Shown here piece by piece: positions 34,512 to 47,050 of a stretch of DNA of 64,000 bases. Within the stretch, counting starts at the first letter, position 1, and each line of letters starts with the position of its first letter. The DNA comes from Lepidodermella squamata. Lineage: Eukaryota > Animalia > Gastrotricha. The notes beneath the pieces were generated by a model. It had not been told where the DNA came from. It did no database searches and was given only the letters and a program-made list of their open reading frames with translations. Position numbers and translations under genes: made by a program. Where the stretch lies: the NCBI GenBank assembly GCA_047495785.1, contig JBLDXI010000042.1:372001-436000 (forward strand), written 5' to 3'.

Positions 34512-35178
34512 ATGCAGACTGGAGCTATTTCCTTAATCGCCGTGCTTTCCTGCCTCGTCGTTGTAGCATGTAAGCCCAAGGCATCGGATGTTCTGTATGG
34601 TAAGACCGTAGACTGAGCTTGTTAATGGTCGAATTTATAGCTAATTCTATTGTCACAACCCTTTTAGGAGAAAACGTGAAAGATGGCGCCGGCAGAGACG
34701 TTGCAGTTTCAAGCCTCAGTGGCGAGGGCAAGTTCATTGGGCTGTTTTTTTGTAACCAGTGGGCCTCGCCATGTCTCGCATTCACTCCAACCCTAATCAA
34801 CTACTACAACGAGGTGAAAGCCGGCAAGAACAATCTTGCGATTATCTTTGTTAGCAGCGACCAAGATGCAGAAAGCTATGCGAAGTACTTCAAAACTATG
34901 CCTTGGTTGACGATTCCCTATGATGACGAGGAAAGAAGGGTGAAATTGCACTTTTGAGTTTAAATGGCAACATTTTTCAGCATTTTCTGATTAGACTGCG
35001 ATTTCTGATGACTTCTCTGCTCATAGTGTCCCAACTCTGATAATCCTCAATGCTGCAGATGGATCGGTGAGATTAGTCTAATTCTCGTAATGATGTTTCA
35101 AAGCATTGCTTGTTCTCACAACAGGTCTACGAAGCCAAAGGACGTGTTAAGGTGTCAAACGGGCAGCTCCACCTTTGA
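34512..35178 (+). CDS. Nucleoredoxin/tryparedoxin-like thioredoxin-fold protein with signal peptide and atypical active site (4 exons)
   Basis: GKFIGLFF..W.SPC..FTPTL, IIFVSSD, YFKTMPWLTIPY, VPTLIILN; three short GT-AG introns (34600-34667, ~34940-34994, ~35067-35124). Confidence 0.85.
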
Positions 35179-36304
35179 ATACCATTTGAAAAATCAAGAA
35201 CACTTATTGTACCAGCACATCTCCCCCGTTAGGATAAGGAATTTCGCTCAGAGCTCGAAGTCCCCCGCTTAGTCTCAGGGCTATTATATCTATGTTGAAT
35301 GATCCATGCTGTGGTGATACCTTCGAACCTAAGATCGAGGAGTATCGTCATAATTATGAATGCTTATTGTTTTCAGAGTCACTCAATTACTAAAGGGTAG
35401 GTTTTCCAATATTTCCAGAAATGCCCCTAATTCCTAACTGAAAAAATATTATACTATATGCTGAAAATCAATAATAAGCTGAAAATAAAAATCTAACACG
35501 ATCCCCATAACTATGAAAGAGGAAGGTCTTCGATCTTATCGATAGAATTGGCTGCTGAGTATTGAGTAGCCAAGGGCATATTCAGAGGAACTGGGCAAGT
35601 TTCATTCGACAAGAGGCGGCCGGCATCTGGCACTCAAGGGCGCTCACTTGGTCTGAGATGTTCGCAAGAAATGTTTGCAGATCTTGGCAACGGTGCTTTG
35701 TAGGTGTGATGAGCTACTCTTGCAAATTCATTGTCTCAGAACGACGAAGTCAGCAAATACGGAGCTGATTCATCCCGAAGCCAGCAGCTTTCAGCAATCA
35801 GCATTCAGTATTCAGAAGAAACGATAATCGATGATTGAGACCCCTGCCTTCTGACGATCGTTGAGAAGTGTACTGAGCCCTAATTGAATATTCTGATTCC
35901 TAAATGATCAATTTATTTGTGAGACTTAGTTTAACAAGTAGTAGATCGCATTCGATTTTGAAAAATGTAGAAATTAGTAATTAGTTTTGATATCAAAGAG
36001 ATAAAGGATTAAAATACTAACATGTTCCATTTTGTCACTTTGAAAAAGGCGATAATAAAGAACAGGGATGAAGAATCTGCAGATTCGAGCAGCGTTGCTG
36101 CTGGGAAATTTGTAATTTTCAGTCAATTTCGGGAAATTTTTAAGATTTTTTATAGGGAAAGCGGGAAATTGGTTTGCTGCTGGGAAGGTCTGCAGATTTT
36201 ACACTCGTGTATAGAAAGATGAGGAAAATGTTAAACAGTTGAGAAAGCAATCGCGCCCGATAAATACATATACGTAAATTGCCTAACATCTTTAGTCTAG
36301 AGAG

Positions 36305-39191
36305 CTAATCAAAGAGATCATATGCTTTGATAAGCGAAGATTTGTCAACGTCAGTGCCGTGCAGCACGCTGAAGTGAACGAATAAAAACAGGCAAAAGCT
36401 GAGAAGAAAGAAACAGCCATCAATAATGCGAACTAAGCCAACATGTCCGCGCAGAAAGCGTTTTTGATATCGTATCGCTTCCACCTCAGGATTGAAGTAG
36501 GAAGCTGCTAGCCAAAGGATCAGCAGATTGTAGGTTGTAGTTGCGATGCAGAACCACGTCAAGCTCTGAACAAGCTTGCCTAGAAGCGTGTCGTAAGGCT
36601 TTTTCGGGACTTCATTTAAAATCGCATTCTGCATTACAACCATGGTTAAAAGGATGGTTGCAGCGAATGCAGATCGATCTGGCACATCCGGAGGCATCAT
36701 GAATAGGAATACATTCAGCGAGGCGAGAGTCGACGATGGAATGGCAAAATTCCTAATGTAATACCTAGGATTCCTAGCCAATTTAGCCGTGAAATGAAAG
36801 GTGGAAACGTTGTAGCCTTTATAGAAAACTTGGTCGGTCGAATTTGCAGCAGAAACGAGGGTCCAACTGTCACCTGGTTGCAGCTTTTTGAAGTCGAATC
36901 GGAGCTTTTTCTCATCAACTCGAACAACGTTAATGTCTTTATCGAGGGAGAATACAAACTCGCACGTTTGCGTGTCGAAAGGGAACAGCTGAAGGGCTTG
37001 CTCGCATTTAGCCTCGAACAATCCTTCCTTTTGCCAATAAAAGTCGAAAATCCGGTTGACAGCGGGAATCTTCGAAGACATCATCATCAAAAAGTCATCG
37101 TTGATCATCATGTCTCGCATTTGAATGTTCGAATTTGCTGCAGTTAGGAAGCGGATCTTCGGCCGCCACATGCTTTCGAGCTTATCAATGTTTATCGTCT
37201 CAAAGTTTCGTCCAGTTGAAAGAACGGGCGATGAGAACCATGGGCATGTGTCCACCCGCCATTTTAAGACCATCTGAGCTTCAACAGTGATGATTTCGTT
37301 TACTGTGTCAATGTCGTTCAAATTCGTAATTTGAAATCCAACTTCGATGTTGAAAGCGGCGTCGGAGTCCGATTGAGGCTCTTTTAGAGTTTGAGGCGCA
37401 TTCATCGAACTGTTGAAATGATCGCAATTTCGTTGAATAGCCGTCATGTTGTCAATGTAGCGAGATCGCTGCGGGTCGAAGAACGGAATTATTTGCTCAG
37501 CGATCGAGCTACCATTCGAGTACTTCATCTCCTGGGAGGCTGCCCGGCCACAGGCATTGCTGAGGTCGAAAATTTCGTCATTGCTCAAAGCAGCGTTGTA
37601 GAAGTAGAAGCAAGCGAATTGCGTGTCATCGGTTGCTGCTATTTTCGCATCCGGCTTAGGAAGTTCAGGGCCCATTCCGATATCAAATGAAACATTGCCC
37701 GCCGGAATTTTAGGCAGTCCTTCGGTATCGATCCCCAGGAAATCCTGAGAGCACTTATCTGAAAAAGTAGTCGATTTAATAACCTTTTTCCTTGAAGGAT
37801 CCCTTTAATTCTTCTTTAGGTACATAAGCCAGTATAAGGTAATGATTTAGTCTCAAGAGAATATGATTCAGGCTTAGAGTAATCTTCAAAGACTTACCTT
37901 TTTCATTTAGCTGTTGCTCATGGTTTACGGCTTGCGTGTAAATGAAGGTGTTATCGTTCATTTGGGAAGTAATCGCAAACAGCGTCCAGTCTCCGTTATA
38001 ATTGTATGTTGCACTACAATTATCAGGATTCGCCAGTTCTTCAGTCTTTTTAGCCAACGGAACAAAGTATAATTTGATATCACTCCGAGTTTCATTGACT
38101 TTCATCTGACAGTAAACAGCCAGAAAACCAGGGATGGTGAGGATTTTCCGCTGTCTCCCTGTTGCGCAAGATGTTTTGATGTAGAATGCAACTGTGAACG
38201 CGTCCTGTGGCCGTGGCAGGTTGTCGTAAGCCACGATGCCGCTGAATTCATTCCGAGAAGAGCTTGCGTTACTATTCCATGCAAAACTGCCCAGCCCATA
38301 AGGACCCTCAAATTTCAACCGTTTCGGGTTGTAGAGGCTGGGCTGGCGGGGCAGAATGGCATTACCCGCCCCAGTCCAGCCGATCAATTTCGAATCGTAG
38401 GATAGCGGCCAGAATCCGATTAGGTTCTCTCGACGTTGTATGTAATTCATATCGATTTGATCGATTTTACCCATGCTTGCTTCAGCTGCTTTTTGACACG
38501 GTTGTAGAAACAGCATTTTCACCTCGTCTGCAGTTAAAGCAGCATTGTAAAGTGAAACACACGAAACTGCGTAATTCGTCCAATCCATATCGAAATTCTC
38601 ACGTTTCCCGATCCCAAACTGCTGCTTGGAATCGTTAAAGTACATTTTGTTCAGAATTGAGTTCTTTTCGGAGGATATTTCGAGCTGATGAGTGCCCATT
38701 CTATAAGAAACAGTCAAATTTGTCGCGCTGTCATACGTGAAGGCTAGCCAAGATGTGTCCTGGTACTCCATCAGAAATTTAGAGTTGTAAGATTGCCAGC
38801 TATTTCGTCCTGTTCTTACGCTCAATTCTTTCCTGTACATCTTGAAAAGACCATCGAATTCGATTACGCCGAAAAATTGTTGAAAGTGGGCGCAAACTGT
38901 GAATGAACTCGGGATTTCTGGCATTGAATAACTAGCTATAATCTTTCCACTTTCCATAACGTAGTACCCGGCGTTAGTAATAGGATTATGGTAGAATTCT
39001 GCATAGTCGCTTCTGTTCTTCAATGGCTGGAGTTCTTCATTAGTCCTCGTGAACCCGGTGCGGCCCGAATACGCGTTCATAGGCCAGAATGCAATCAGGT
39101 TGTCCAAGCGAGGCAGCTGGATCTGGGAAACATCGAGGCAGTTTGCGAACGCAACAATACAGCAAACTAAAGCAACGCTAGTACAAGTCAT
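36305..39191 (-). CDS. LamG/pentraxin-like x2 fused to a Cys-loop ligand-gated ion channel (exons 39191-37898, 37758-36305; 915 aa)
   Basis: Signal peptide; two repeats LI(A/G)FWP...FTV...W..F...(S/A)C...YNAAL..DE; phase-1 intron gtaagt..ttttcag at 37897-37759; then WRP, CEQALQLFPFDTQTC and four TM helices. Confidence 0.85.
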
Positions 39192-39819
39192 TCCAACTGA
39201 ATTCGTTGATTTCAAGCAAAAAAACTGGGAGAGCGAGCACGATTGAATCGAGCGTTGCGATTTATCTTAGATAGCGTAGCATGGAATAACAGGCTGCAGT
39301 TTAATTTCCTGCTATAGGATTCGTCAAAATCAAGGTCTGAGTGTCAACAATTCTCCTGTTCGCCGGCTGAACGAATGAATTCTGTTTTGCGATCCATCTT
39401 CTACAGCGCGCGATATAGCAGATCAATGAGCCTGTCGCTCTTTTATTTACTGACATGTATCGTGGAAATTCAATTTTGCCCATCAGCTCTAGGGTGTGAT
39501 CATGGATTCTGAAGCTGCCGGAGATAAATATAATTGTTTTGCTATAATTCCCAAAATAAATTGCGATTTTAATAAAACTCCGACCGAATCAAGGATAGTA
39601 GAACTGCAGCAGATGGAAACAAATTTCTTCACATTATTAAAATTTAAATTATTAAAATTATTAAGGAATGCTCACCTCTGACGGAGGCGATGACTAACTA
39701 GAATAATTGAAGAACAATAATTTTCACGCAACAATTGAAGTTCGAGCCGAAAATTCCCGAAAGTAACCCCTGGCTCGAGAATCCTGCGTCGAGCACTGAT
39801 CTTCCCGAACCTTATTCTT

Positions 39820-40170
39820 AGTTATTGCTCACACATCTGGTGAAATTAACGTTGAACGTTTGCTCATTGCTACAGCAACCGACGTACCTATAAGTCATTC
39901 CAACTTGAATTGATGTTGCAAGCAAAAAGCTGGGCGAGCAAGCACGACTGACTCGCGATTTTCGATAAATCTTAGATAGCGTAGCACGGAATAACAGCCT
40001 GTGATTTAATTTCCTGCTTGGGTTCGTCAAAATCCAGACAAATTCTTCTCTTTGTCGGATTGAATCTGTTTTGGAACCTGCATCTCCCACAGCGAAAGGG
40101 ATAGCAGAGTGGCATTCTTTTATTTACCGATAAGACTCGTGGAAATTCAATTTCACTCTTCAGTTCTGAA
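39820..40170 (-). pseudogene. Diverged duplicate of the promoter/5' end of the LamG-channel gene
   Basis: 39890-40170 aligns with 39184-39490 (aagtcattccaact, tcttagatagcgtagca.ggaataaca, ttcgtcaaaatc, cgtggaaatt(t)caattt); the equivalent ATG opens only a short ORF. Confidence 0.7.
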
Positions 40171-41247
40171 TGTAAACAGAAGTAGCATGACCTATCGCTT
40201 CCCGATACGCTCATACATTATCGCAGAAGTTGAAGTGCTGGTTCTTCCGCGCCTCGAACGACATAACAGAACACGCAACGATAAAACGCGATGAATTCAA
40301 TTTTTTATTTCCTAACACGGAGCAGCGCGTTTTTATCAGCTCATCGTAAGAGTACCTGAAGTTATTTGCGACGGATAGAGATAGCCAGATTAGCCTAAGC
40401 TTTTCGGGATCAGGCTGGCAAATAAGAACAATTGATTAACCCCTGATAAGTAGGTATGGTCTTAACTTTGGAATAGGAACCGACCTAAACTGAAGCCAGA
40501 ATATCGTTCCACTGAAGGACTCTTTTAAGCTCACGCATGACAAATGGTCGTAATATGAAATATATGCGCTTAAATGTACAAGTTTTTGTGTACGAAATGA
40601 TAAGCTCTCAGTTCCGCTTTTCAGACTCAATTAATTGATCACTCGAGCGTGTTGCGCTAATTATCATAGTGGTTCAGCTGATCTAATGAGCGACCGCAAC
40701 TCTTTTTTAGTTCGCTCCACAGCTTTCGCGTACATGGTCACTACTTCCAAATGAAAATCGAATTTGAGCGAGAAATAACGTTTTTGGCGTTTTGGCGTCA
40801 TTTATACTTGTAAGATCGTCCGCAGCAAAAGTTTCAGACAGTTCTAAAAAAACTCTAGCACAATGTAATTTGAATGGTGACTCATTGTGCGGTCTCGCAT
40901 ATACTTTTAATTATAGAAAAGTAGTCTTCGTGAATTCTTCGTCACGGTAGGACGTCATTGTAAGACGTCTGAATTCTTAGGTAGTAAAGAAATTGATCAG
41001 GAAAGTTCAAGATCTGTTGCAGACGAGAGTGCAGTTCAGTTCGTGACGAATCACATCAGAATCGCCACTCATCAGCTAATTGGAAGCCTCACAAACAACC
41101 CTTGGACAACGCGCGGCGACCTTGCTACGCGAAACTAATCAAATATGGCAAATTAGTACGGACGCCCGCGATTTGTCTGTGAGTTACGTTCTTATATTCG
41201 AGAAATCACACGAAATTATCATTTCGTCTACATTTTTCATCTTCAAA

Positions 41248-42894
41248 ATGAACGACAGCATCCTTAACAAAATGAACCATAGCATTCGGTCCAATGTGGT
41301 GAATGGAGCTTGGGTTAGCGTTAACATTCCTGACCGAGGCTTCGAAGGCCCTAGGCCGTATTTCGTCGGCTGGTACCATGATCTTGAGGCTGTTTCAATC
41401 TCTGACCGTTTAGCTTACACAATCCCATTTTGGATCGCTACTATTATGGTCTACGTTTCCACAACTTTCAGCATCATCACCAATATGAAGCGAGGTGTTC
41501 AACGCGGGTTCCTGATCTTAAATATCATCCTTGATATTAGAAATATTCTGTTCGCAACAAATTATTCGTTGGGCCTTCTTGCGGTCCTGCCTGATGGCCA
41601 GTGGCATCTGGGAAGTGGGGCCTGTGCGTTTTCTTTCTGGCTAATGTTCACCTGTGGACCATTTGGCACGACTATGAACATGCTGATAAGCTACGAACGC
41701 AGAATGTGTGTGTCTTCGAATAATCCGCGCTACCAGCTAACAGCTAAAAGAGTAAGTGATTAAGTCTGTGACAGTTTTGAGCTGTTTACAAGCCTACCCC
41801 TAACCCCTAACCCTAGTCTTCTTCAGAATCCTAATGTTTAACCCTAATCCAAACCCTTACCCCAACACTAAATCTAACCCTGATCCTAATCCTAATCCTG
41901 ATCTCTAACCCTAACCCTAACCCTAACCCTAACCCTAACCATTACTCTGGTCATAATCCTAATCCTAATCCAAAATGTAACCTGCCTCTATCCCTAAACC
42001 TAAACCTAATCCTGGTCATAGTACTAATCCTAATCCCACATCTTACCTTAACCTCAAGCCTAAACCTAGCCCCTGTCCTAACTCTTTTGAACTCAGCTTC
42101 AGAGAAACAAATAGCTCAATGTTGAATCGTGTCAAACACTAACCCTTAACTAAACCCTATTCGGGATCTTTACATGCTAGAAGCAACTATCAGAATAATC
42201 TAAAACCATCGCTTTTGTTCTCTAGTTGGTTCTGATGGTGACTCCGGCTGTTCTGTCGTGTGCCATAGTCTCAGCTGCTACTGCTTACTGGCCGCTACAA
42301 GTTTACGAAGCTCGAACCGTACCTCTGTACGAGGGCGAAAATTCGACAACGATGAAAATCTGCAGTAATTTCGACTTCAAATTATTCGGCGTCATGGACT
42401 CTTCGCTCATCTCGTTCCTCAACTTTTTCTTCGCCGTCAATATTTCAACATCAATGCTAGCCATGAACTACCTGAAAATCTTTAAAATTGTTCACCGCGT
42501 TAAGAAAGTAATGACGGAATCAATTCGTAGCAACATAACGACTCAGCAATCAGCGAGGCGTGACGTCTGGCGGAATCGCGAAATTTTCATTGCTAAACAG
42601 TCCTTAGCAGCGTTCGCAACGTTCATAAATTGCCATCTGCCGGCATTTTTCTCCTTCTTCTTCATGCTGTTCTGGTTCGATTTCGGGCCGAAATACGGTT
42701 CGTCATGGCTGCATAAAATGGGCATGTTGGTTGTGATTCTAGAAATGACGATTTCAGCTATGATTAAGAGCATCAAACCCGGTCAAATGTCAAGATTGCT
42801 CACTAGGAATCGCATTACTGATGACAATGTGTCTCAGATTAGCGTTGAAACGATTCCAAACACGTGGCATAGCACTGGCTCTCAAAAACGTTGA
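41248..42894 (+). CDS. Orphan rhodopsin-like 7TM receptor, paralog A (exons 41248-41751, 42226-42894)
   Basis: W.LG..AC in EL1/TM3, ISYERR (DRY equivalent), NY.KI in TM5, CHLP in TM6; phase-0 intron. Confidence 0.8.
41795..42080 (-). repeat. Intronic telomere-like (CCCTAA)n tract
   Basis: Perfect ccctaa run at ~41906-41940 within degenerate cctaat/cctaaa hexamers. Confidence 0.85.
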
Positions 42895-43674
42895 AATGAA
42901 GCATTTCTTTACCAATCAAACGAAACATTCCATTTAATTCGTGAATTTCAGATCTTGACTAATGGATCTGTTGTCGTATGAGATTTTTTTAAAATTTGAA
43001 CTTATTTTGAATTTCAAAAACACAAGAACAAATGTTATCTTTGAAAATGCTGAATTTCGATAAAAAACGTTTAGGTTGAAAAACGATTTTTTAAGGCTGA
43101 TACAGCGGACCTGGTTTTGAAGCTGGTTCAAAGTTCAAAGAGACGCAGCAGATCGACCTGAAAGTTATCGATTGACTTAACTTATGAAAGATTCAAATCG
43201 AAGTCACAGAATTACATTTAGTATTTAGTATTTCCAGCCGCAATTCTACTTGCATTGAATGAATACATGCTCCAGTTATTGCCTTCGTAAATTTGAAATC
43301 AAGATGCTTTGGTTAGAGAACGATGTTAACAGCCACGCGTAACGGACAGCACGCAAGTCGCCTCGTTATATTTTTCAAAACTCGCAAATTCTTTCCATGT
43401 TATTCAATAACGCAGGAAGAACGTAGCAGAAACTCAGACATTGACGCGTCAGTATTTTGTTAGGCTTCAGCTAGCTAATTACGACAATGCCACTGATGCT
43501 CAGGACTCCACGTAATGGCTACGTGGGTTCTAAGACATCATTTCAGACGAAGGAAATAAGTAGAACATAGTGGCGTTTAAACTTCTCTCAAGAATACTTA
43601 CATGAGCAAGCTGAAAGCAAAATTGTTGATGACAATTGACACAGCACCGAAAAAGCATCGGAAATATTGAAATG

Positions 43675-43837
43675 CAGTGCGCAAAGTACAGGGGAATTTG
43701 GGGTATCGTACCCCCCAGTTCACAAGGCAAAAGAGGAAAACCGTCAAAGATACCACAGGGGGATTCTTTCGACATTTGGGCCCGAACTACGAAATACCCC
43801 AGAGGTTCGAGGATTCTACTTCCTACTTCACGCATTG
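43675..43837 (+). mobile_element. MITE family A copy with perfect 8-bp TSD (hAT-like)
   Basis: cagtgcgcaaagta ... tacttcacgcattg flanked by ttgaaatg at 43667-43674 and 43838-43845. Confidence 0.88.
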
Positions 43838-43918
43838 TTGAAATGACTAGTTGGGGGAAAGCCAAGAGCAATTTGAGATTACGGACGATCGTGTAAGTTT
43901 ATTTCTTTAGGGTTTCTC

Positions 43919-45089
43919 TCAATTCTGAGCCTGTTGGCTTATTCGTTTTCCTACTGAAACGGGATTTTCGACAGAACCTTTCTTCTGCCAAAATTTCAGC
44001 CTAAATCCAGGTCTCACGCTTCGCACGAGGGCTGATGCTATCATCTCTATCAAAATGATGAGATTGCCTATTTTATGCGCCCAAGCAGTCGACAATCTCG
44101 GCCCGATGCCTTCGAACAAGTAGAAGCTGAAAATGAAAAACATTGGCGTGTGGGCGAGCATGAAGACAGAAAAAGCTGCGAATGACTGCTTCGCGATGAA
44201 AACTTCACGCTTCCGCCAAGCGGTCAACGCTCCTTTCGGCTGCGAGCTATTCACCGATCCAGATCCAGGCGAGACCTCAGACGTTTTAACTGCTTTGTAA
44301 ATTCTCCAATAATTGTAAGCAAGAGCGCTAACGGGGGGTACCACGGCGAGGATGTAGTCAATGAGGATCAGGTGAGATGTATCGAAATTATCGCCTAGTT
44401 TGTAGTCAAAATAGCTGCATAGGGTTATGACTGTGCCGTTTTCGACTTCAAAATTGATTGTCCCAAATAATTTACGGTTATTGTTAGGGGAAAAATATGC
44501 GACAAATGAAGCAGATCCGCAGCAATAGAGTACAGCACATGCCACCATTACGAAAAGCTGTTAAAATTTAAATTAAACAAATCCAATTTAAATTTAAATT
44601 AAAGAAATGTACCTTGAGAGGGCTAGTTCGATAGTTCGGATTGTTTGAAGTGACACAAAGCCGCCGTTCGTGGCTGATGACAACATTCATGAGTGTTCCG
44701 AATGGACCGAGTGCGAAAATGAACCAGAAAGAGAACAGACAACTTCCATCGCCAGCATTCCACTCGCCAGTCGGGAGCGTTATTAGCAGGGCTATCGTAA
44801 ACGTCGTAGCCTGGAGAAGATTTCTCACATCTAGGACAACGGTCAATATGAAGAAATCTCGCCGCATTCTGCGTGAAATTTGACTAGTGAATTTGAAGAT
44901 ACTTGCAACGTAGACTAAAATTGTGACAATGAGGTATAGCAGGGTGTAAGCCAGCCGGGCTGGTATGGTTGTAGCTTCGAGATCGTGGAGCCAGCCGACG
45001 AAATACGGCCTGTTGTAGTCGAAGCCATGGTTCTTGATATTAGCGCTGATCCAAGCCCCGTTGATTATAGTCGCTTTCGTAACATTCAT
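43919..45089 (-). CDS. Orphan rhodopsin-like 7TM receptor, paralog B (exons 45089-44613, 44557-43919)
   Basis: Same NGAW/RPYFVGW.HDLE N-terminus, ISHERR, 55-nt intron at the homologous position. Confidence 0.8.
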
Positions 45090-45904
45090 GTTGATTTTGA
45101 TCAAAAAATATGTTTGACCTCGCTAAGCATTAGCGCGAGTCTCACCGAGTTTTTACGTGAGAAATTAGCTCTGAAATTCCACTTGCACTAGCGATATTTT
45201 CTAATTTGAACGCATTTTTGAGCTGTTTTTTACATTCCGCTGTGTGCGCTCAACGGCCGAAGGTCATTTTAAACTCGCAATTAAACTCGGTATTTAGTAA
45301 CCGACAGTTAAACATATCTTTCCCAATTAAAATGTATTGAGGGATGGCTAATTAGTGTCTGCGTTTTGGTCAAGCTTCCATCCGAAAACTTCATTGAACT
45401 GAGATCTTGACATTCCTCACAAGGTCACACTCATGGTTTAGGACCTTTTATCCTTTTCTTAGCCACAAGTAAAATTTCGGAGGTCATAATCGCAAGTTTC
45501 ATTAACATAGCGAATATTTCCGTGAGTGTTAAAAGGGACAAATAAGAATGGAGAAGTGGTGTACTACGATTTTGGTGAAAGGGGATGGAGGGAAATTTAG
45601 GAATTTCTGCTTCAGATACGATGAGCGATGAGAAAAACGGTTAGCAGAAATTGCTCAGTTTTGATACCTGAGTTCCGAAAGTTCCGAAGTTCCGAAATAT
45701 CACATCTATTCCAAAATCGGTTCTTGCTATTCTGTTGAGGTAATCAGAATAGTATGCACGGTAAGCTCGACTCTTTTCAGTTTCAAAAATTCTAGACACA
45801 TACAAGAGCAGACGCCACTTAGTATTCGCGACTCATCCCTCTTGGATTAACATCCTGCTAACTCAAATACCTCAATTCTACTTCATTCAGCATATTTCAA
45901 AGCA

Positions 45905-46570
45905 ATGAAAGCTATTTTAATTATTTTCCTCTCCGGCTTAGCTTTTAGCGAAGCTCAGTTCCGACGAAGGCCCCCTCCGCCCGGGCCGTTCGGCCCATTT
46001 GGCGATGCACCCCCTCCACTCCCCTTTGGGCAACCCGGCAACAATGTTCAAATCGACCCAAATTTCGTCGCAGCCGCTGCGAGAACTCTGCGGCAAATCG
46101 TGACAGGCCAAGCGACGTTTCAACTAGACCCGAACGTCATGCCAGCAGCTCTTCGAGCCCTCCAAAGCCTCGAAAGTGGCAACACACCTATCGAAGTACC
46201 CGCGGACGTTATCCCAGCTGCTAGGGCTCTGGGATCAGTCGCGTCACGAGCTGTTCGAGTTATGGACAACCCAAATCCTGCCCCCGTTCAAACTGAGTCT
46301 GTAGACACAATGGCTGCTGAAGTACCCGAGGAGCCTTCCGATTTCGAAGCACCGATGAATGGGCGGTCTTTTGGCAGACGGTCGAATCCGGACTATGACG
46401 AGGATGAGGCGCCTCAGAGTGGCAGGTCATGGGGTGTCTGCGAGGCCCCGGATTGCTCGTACAATCCCCGCAGGAAGACTTGCTGGTGCCCACGAAGGTT
46501 CAGGGACGAGGATTCGCCGCGCCGTAGCAGCAGGAGACACTCACGCCGCAGGCCGAGCAGATACGATTAA
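45905..46570 (+). CDS. Secreted Pro-rich protein with C-terminal Cys module and Arg-rich tail
   Basis: Signal peptide MKAILIIFLSGLAFSEA, PPPPGPFGP, three internal AA(A/L)R.L repeats, CEAPDCSYNPRRKTCWC; AATAAA at ~46631. Confidence 0.8.
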   Translation: MKAILIIFLSGLAFSEAQFRRRPPPPGPFGPFGDAPPPLPFGQPGNNVQIDPNFVAAAARTLRQIVTGQATFQLDPNVMPAALRALQSLESGNTPIEVPADVIPAARALGSVASRAVRVMDNPNPAPVQTESVDTMAAEVPEEPSDFEAPMNGRSFGRRSNPDYDEDEAPQSGRSWGVCEAPDCSYNPRRKTCWCPRRFRDEDSPRRSSRRHSRRRPSRYD

Positions 46571-47050
46571 AAGAGGAATACTTAACTCGGAAATGTAATA
46601 ATCCATCTGAATATATGCATGAAGGCTTGAAATAAAAAGAAATTGGACAAACCAGAATATCTGATATCAGAGAATCAATCTTTTGACAAATCATTGGCAT
46701 TTTTATGAATTTTTCACGTTTTCAGTCATCTCACAAGCTTCATTATCGCATGCAGGGACGTCGCACTGTTTGTCAAGTGATTCAACTAAGCTTCTCCGTC
46801 TGCCAACTTATTTGTATTCTGCTGAGCCATTCAGCCTTCAGAAAAAGCATCTCATTTCAAACAATTCATTTTCTGCTAACAGGATAAACTGAACGTGCAA
46901 TGAGATCTTCATTTTTACGCCTGGCCACTCTACGTCCTACGCCAATTTTTGTAGCATAAGGTTTTTCAATTAAATTCTCCTCACAATCCACGGTCTACGC
47001 TGGCTTTTCCAACCTCACCGAATCTCAAAATTTATCTTCATCCAATTTAC

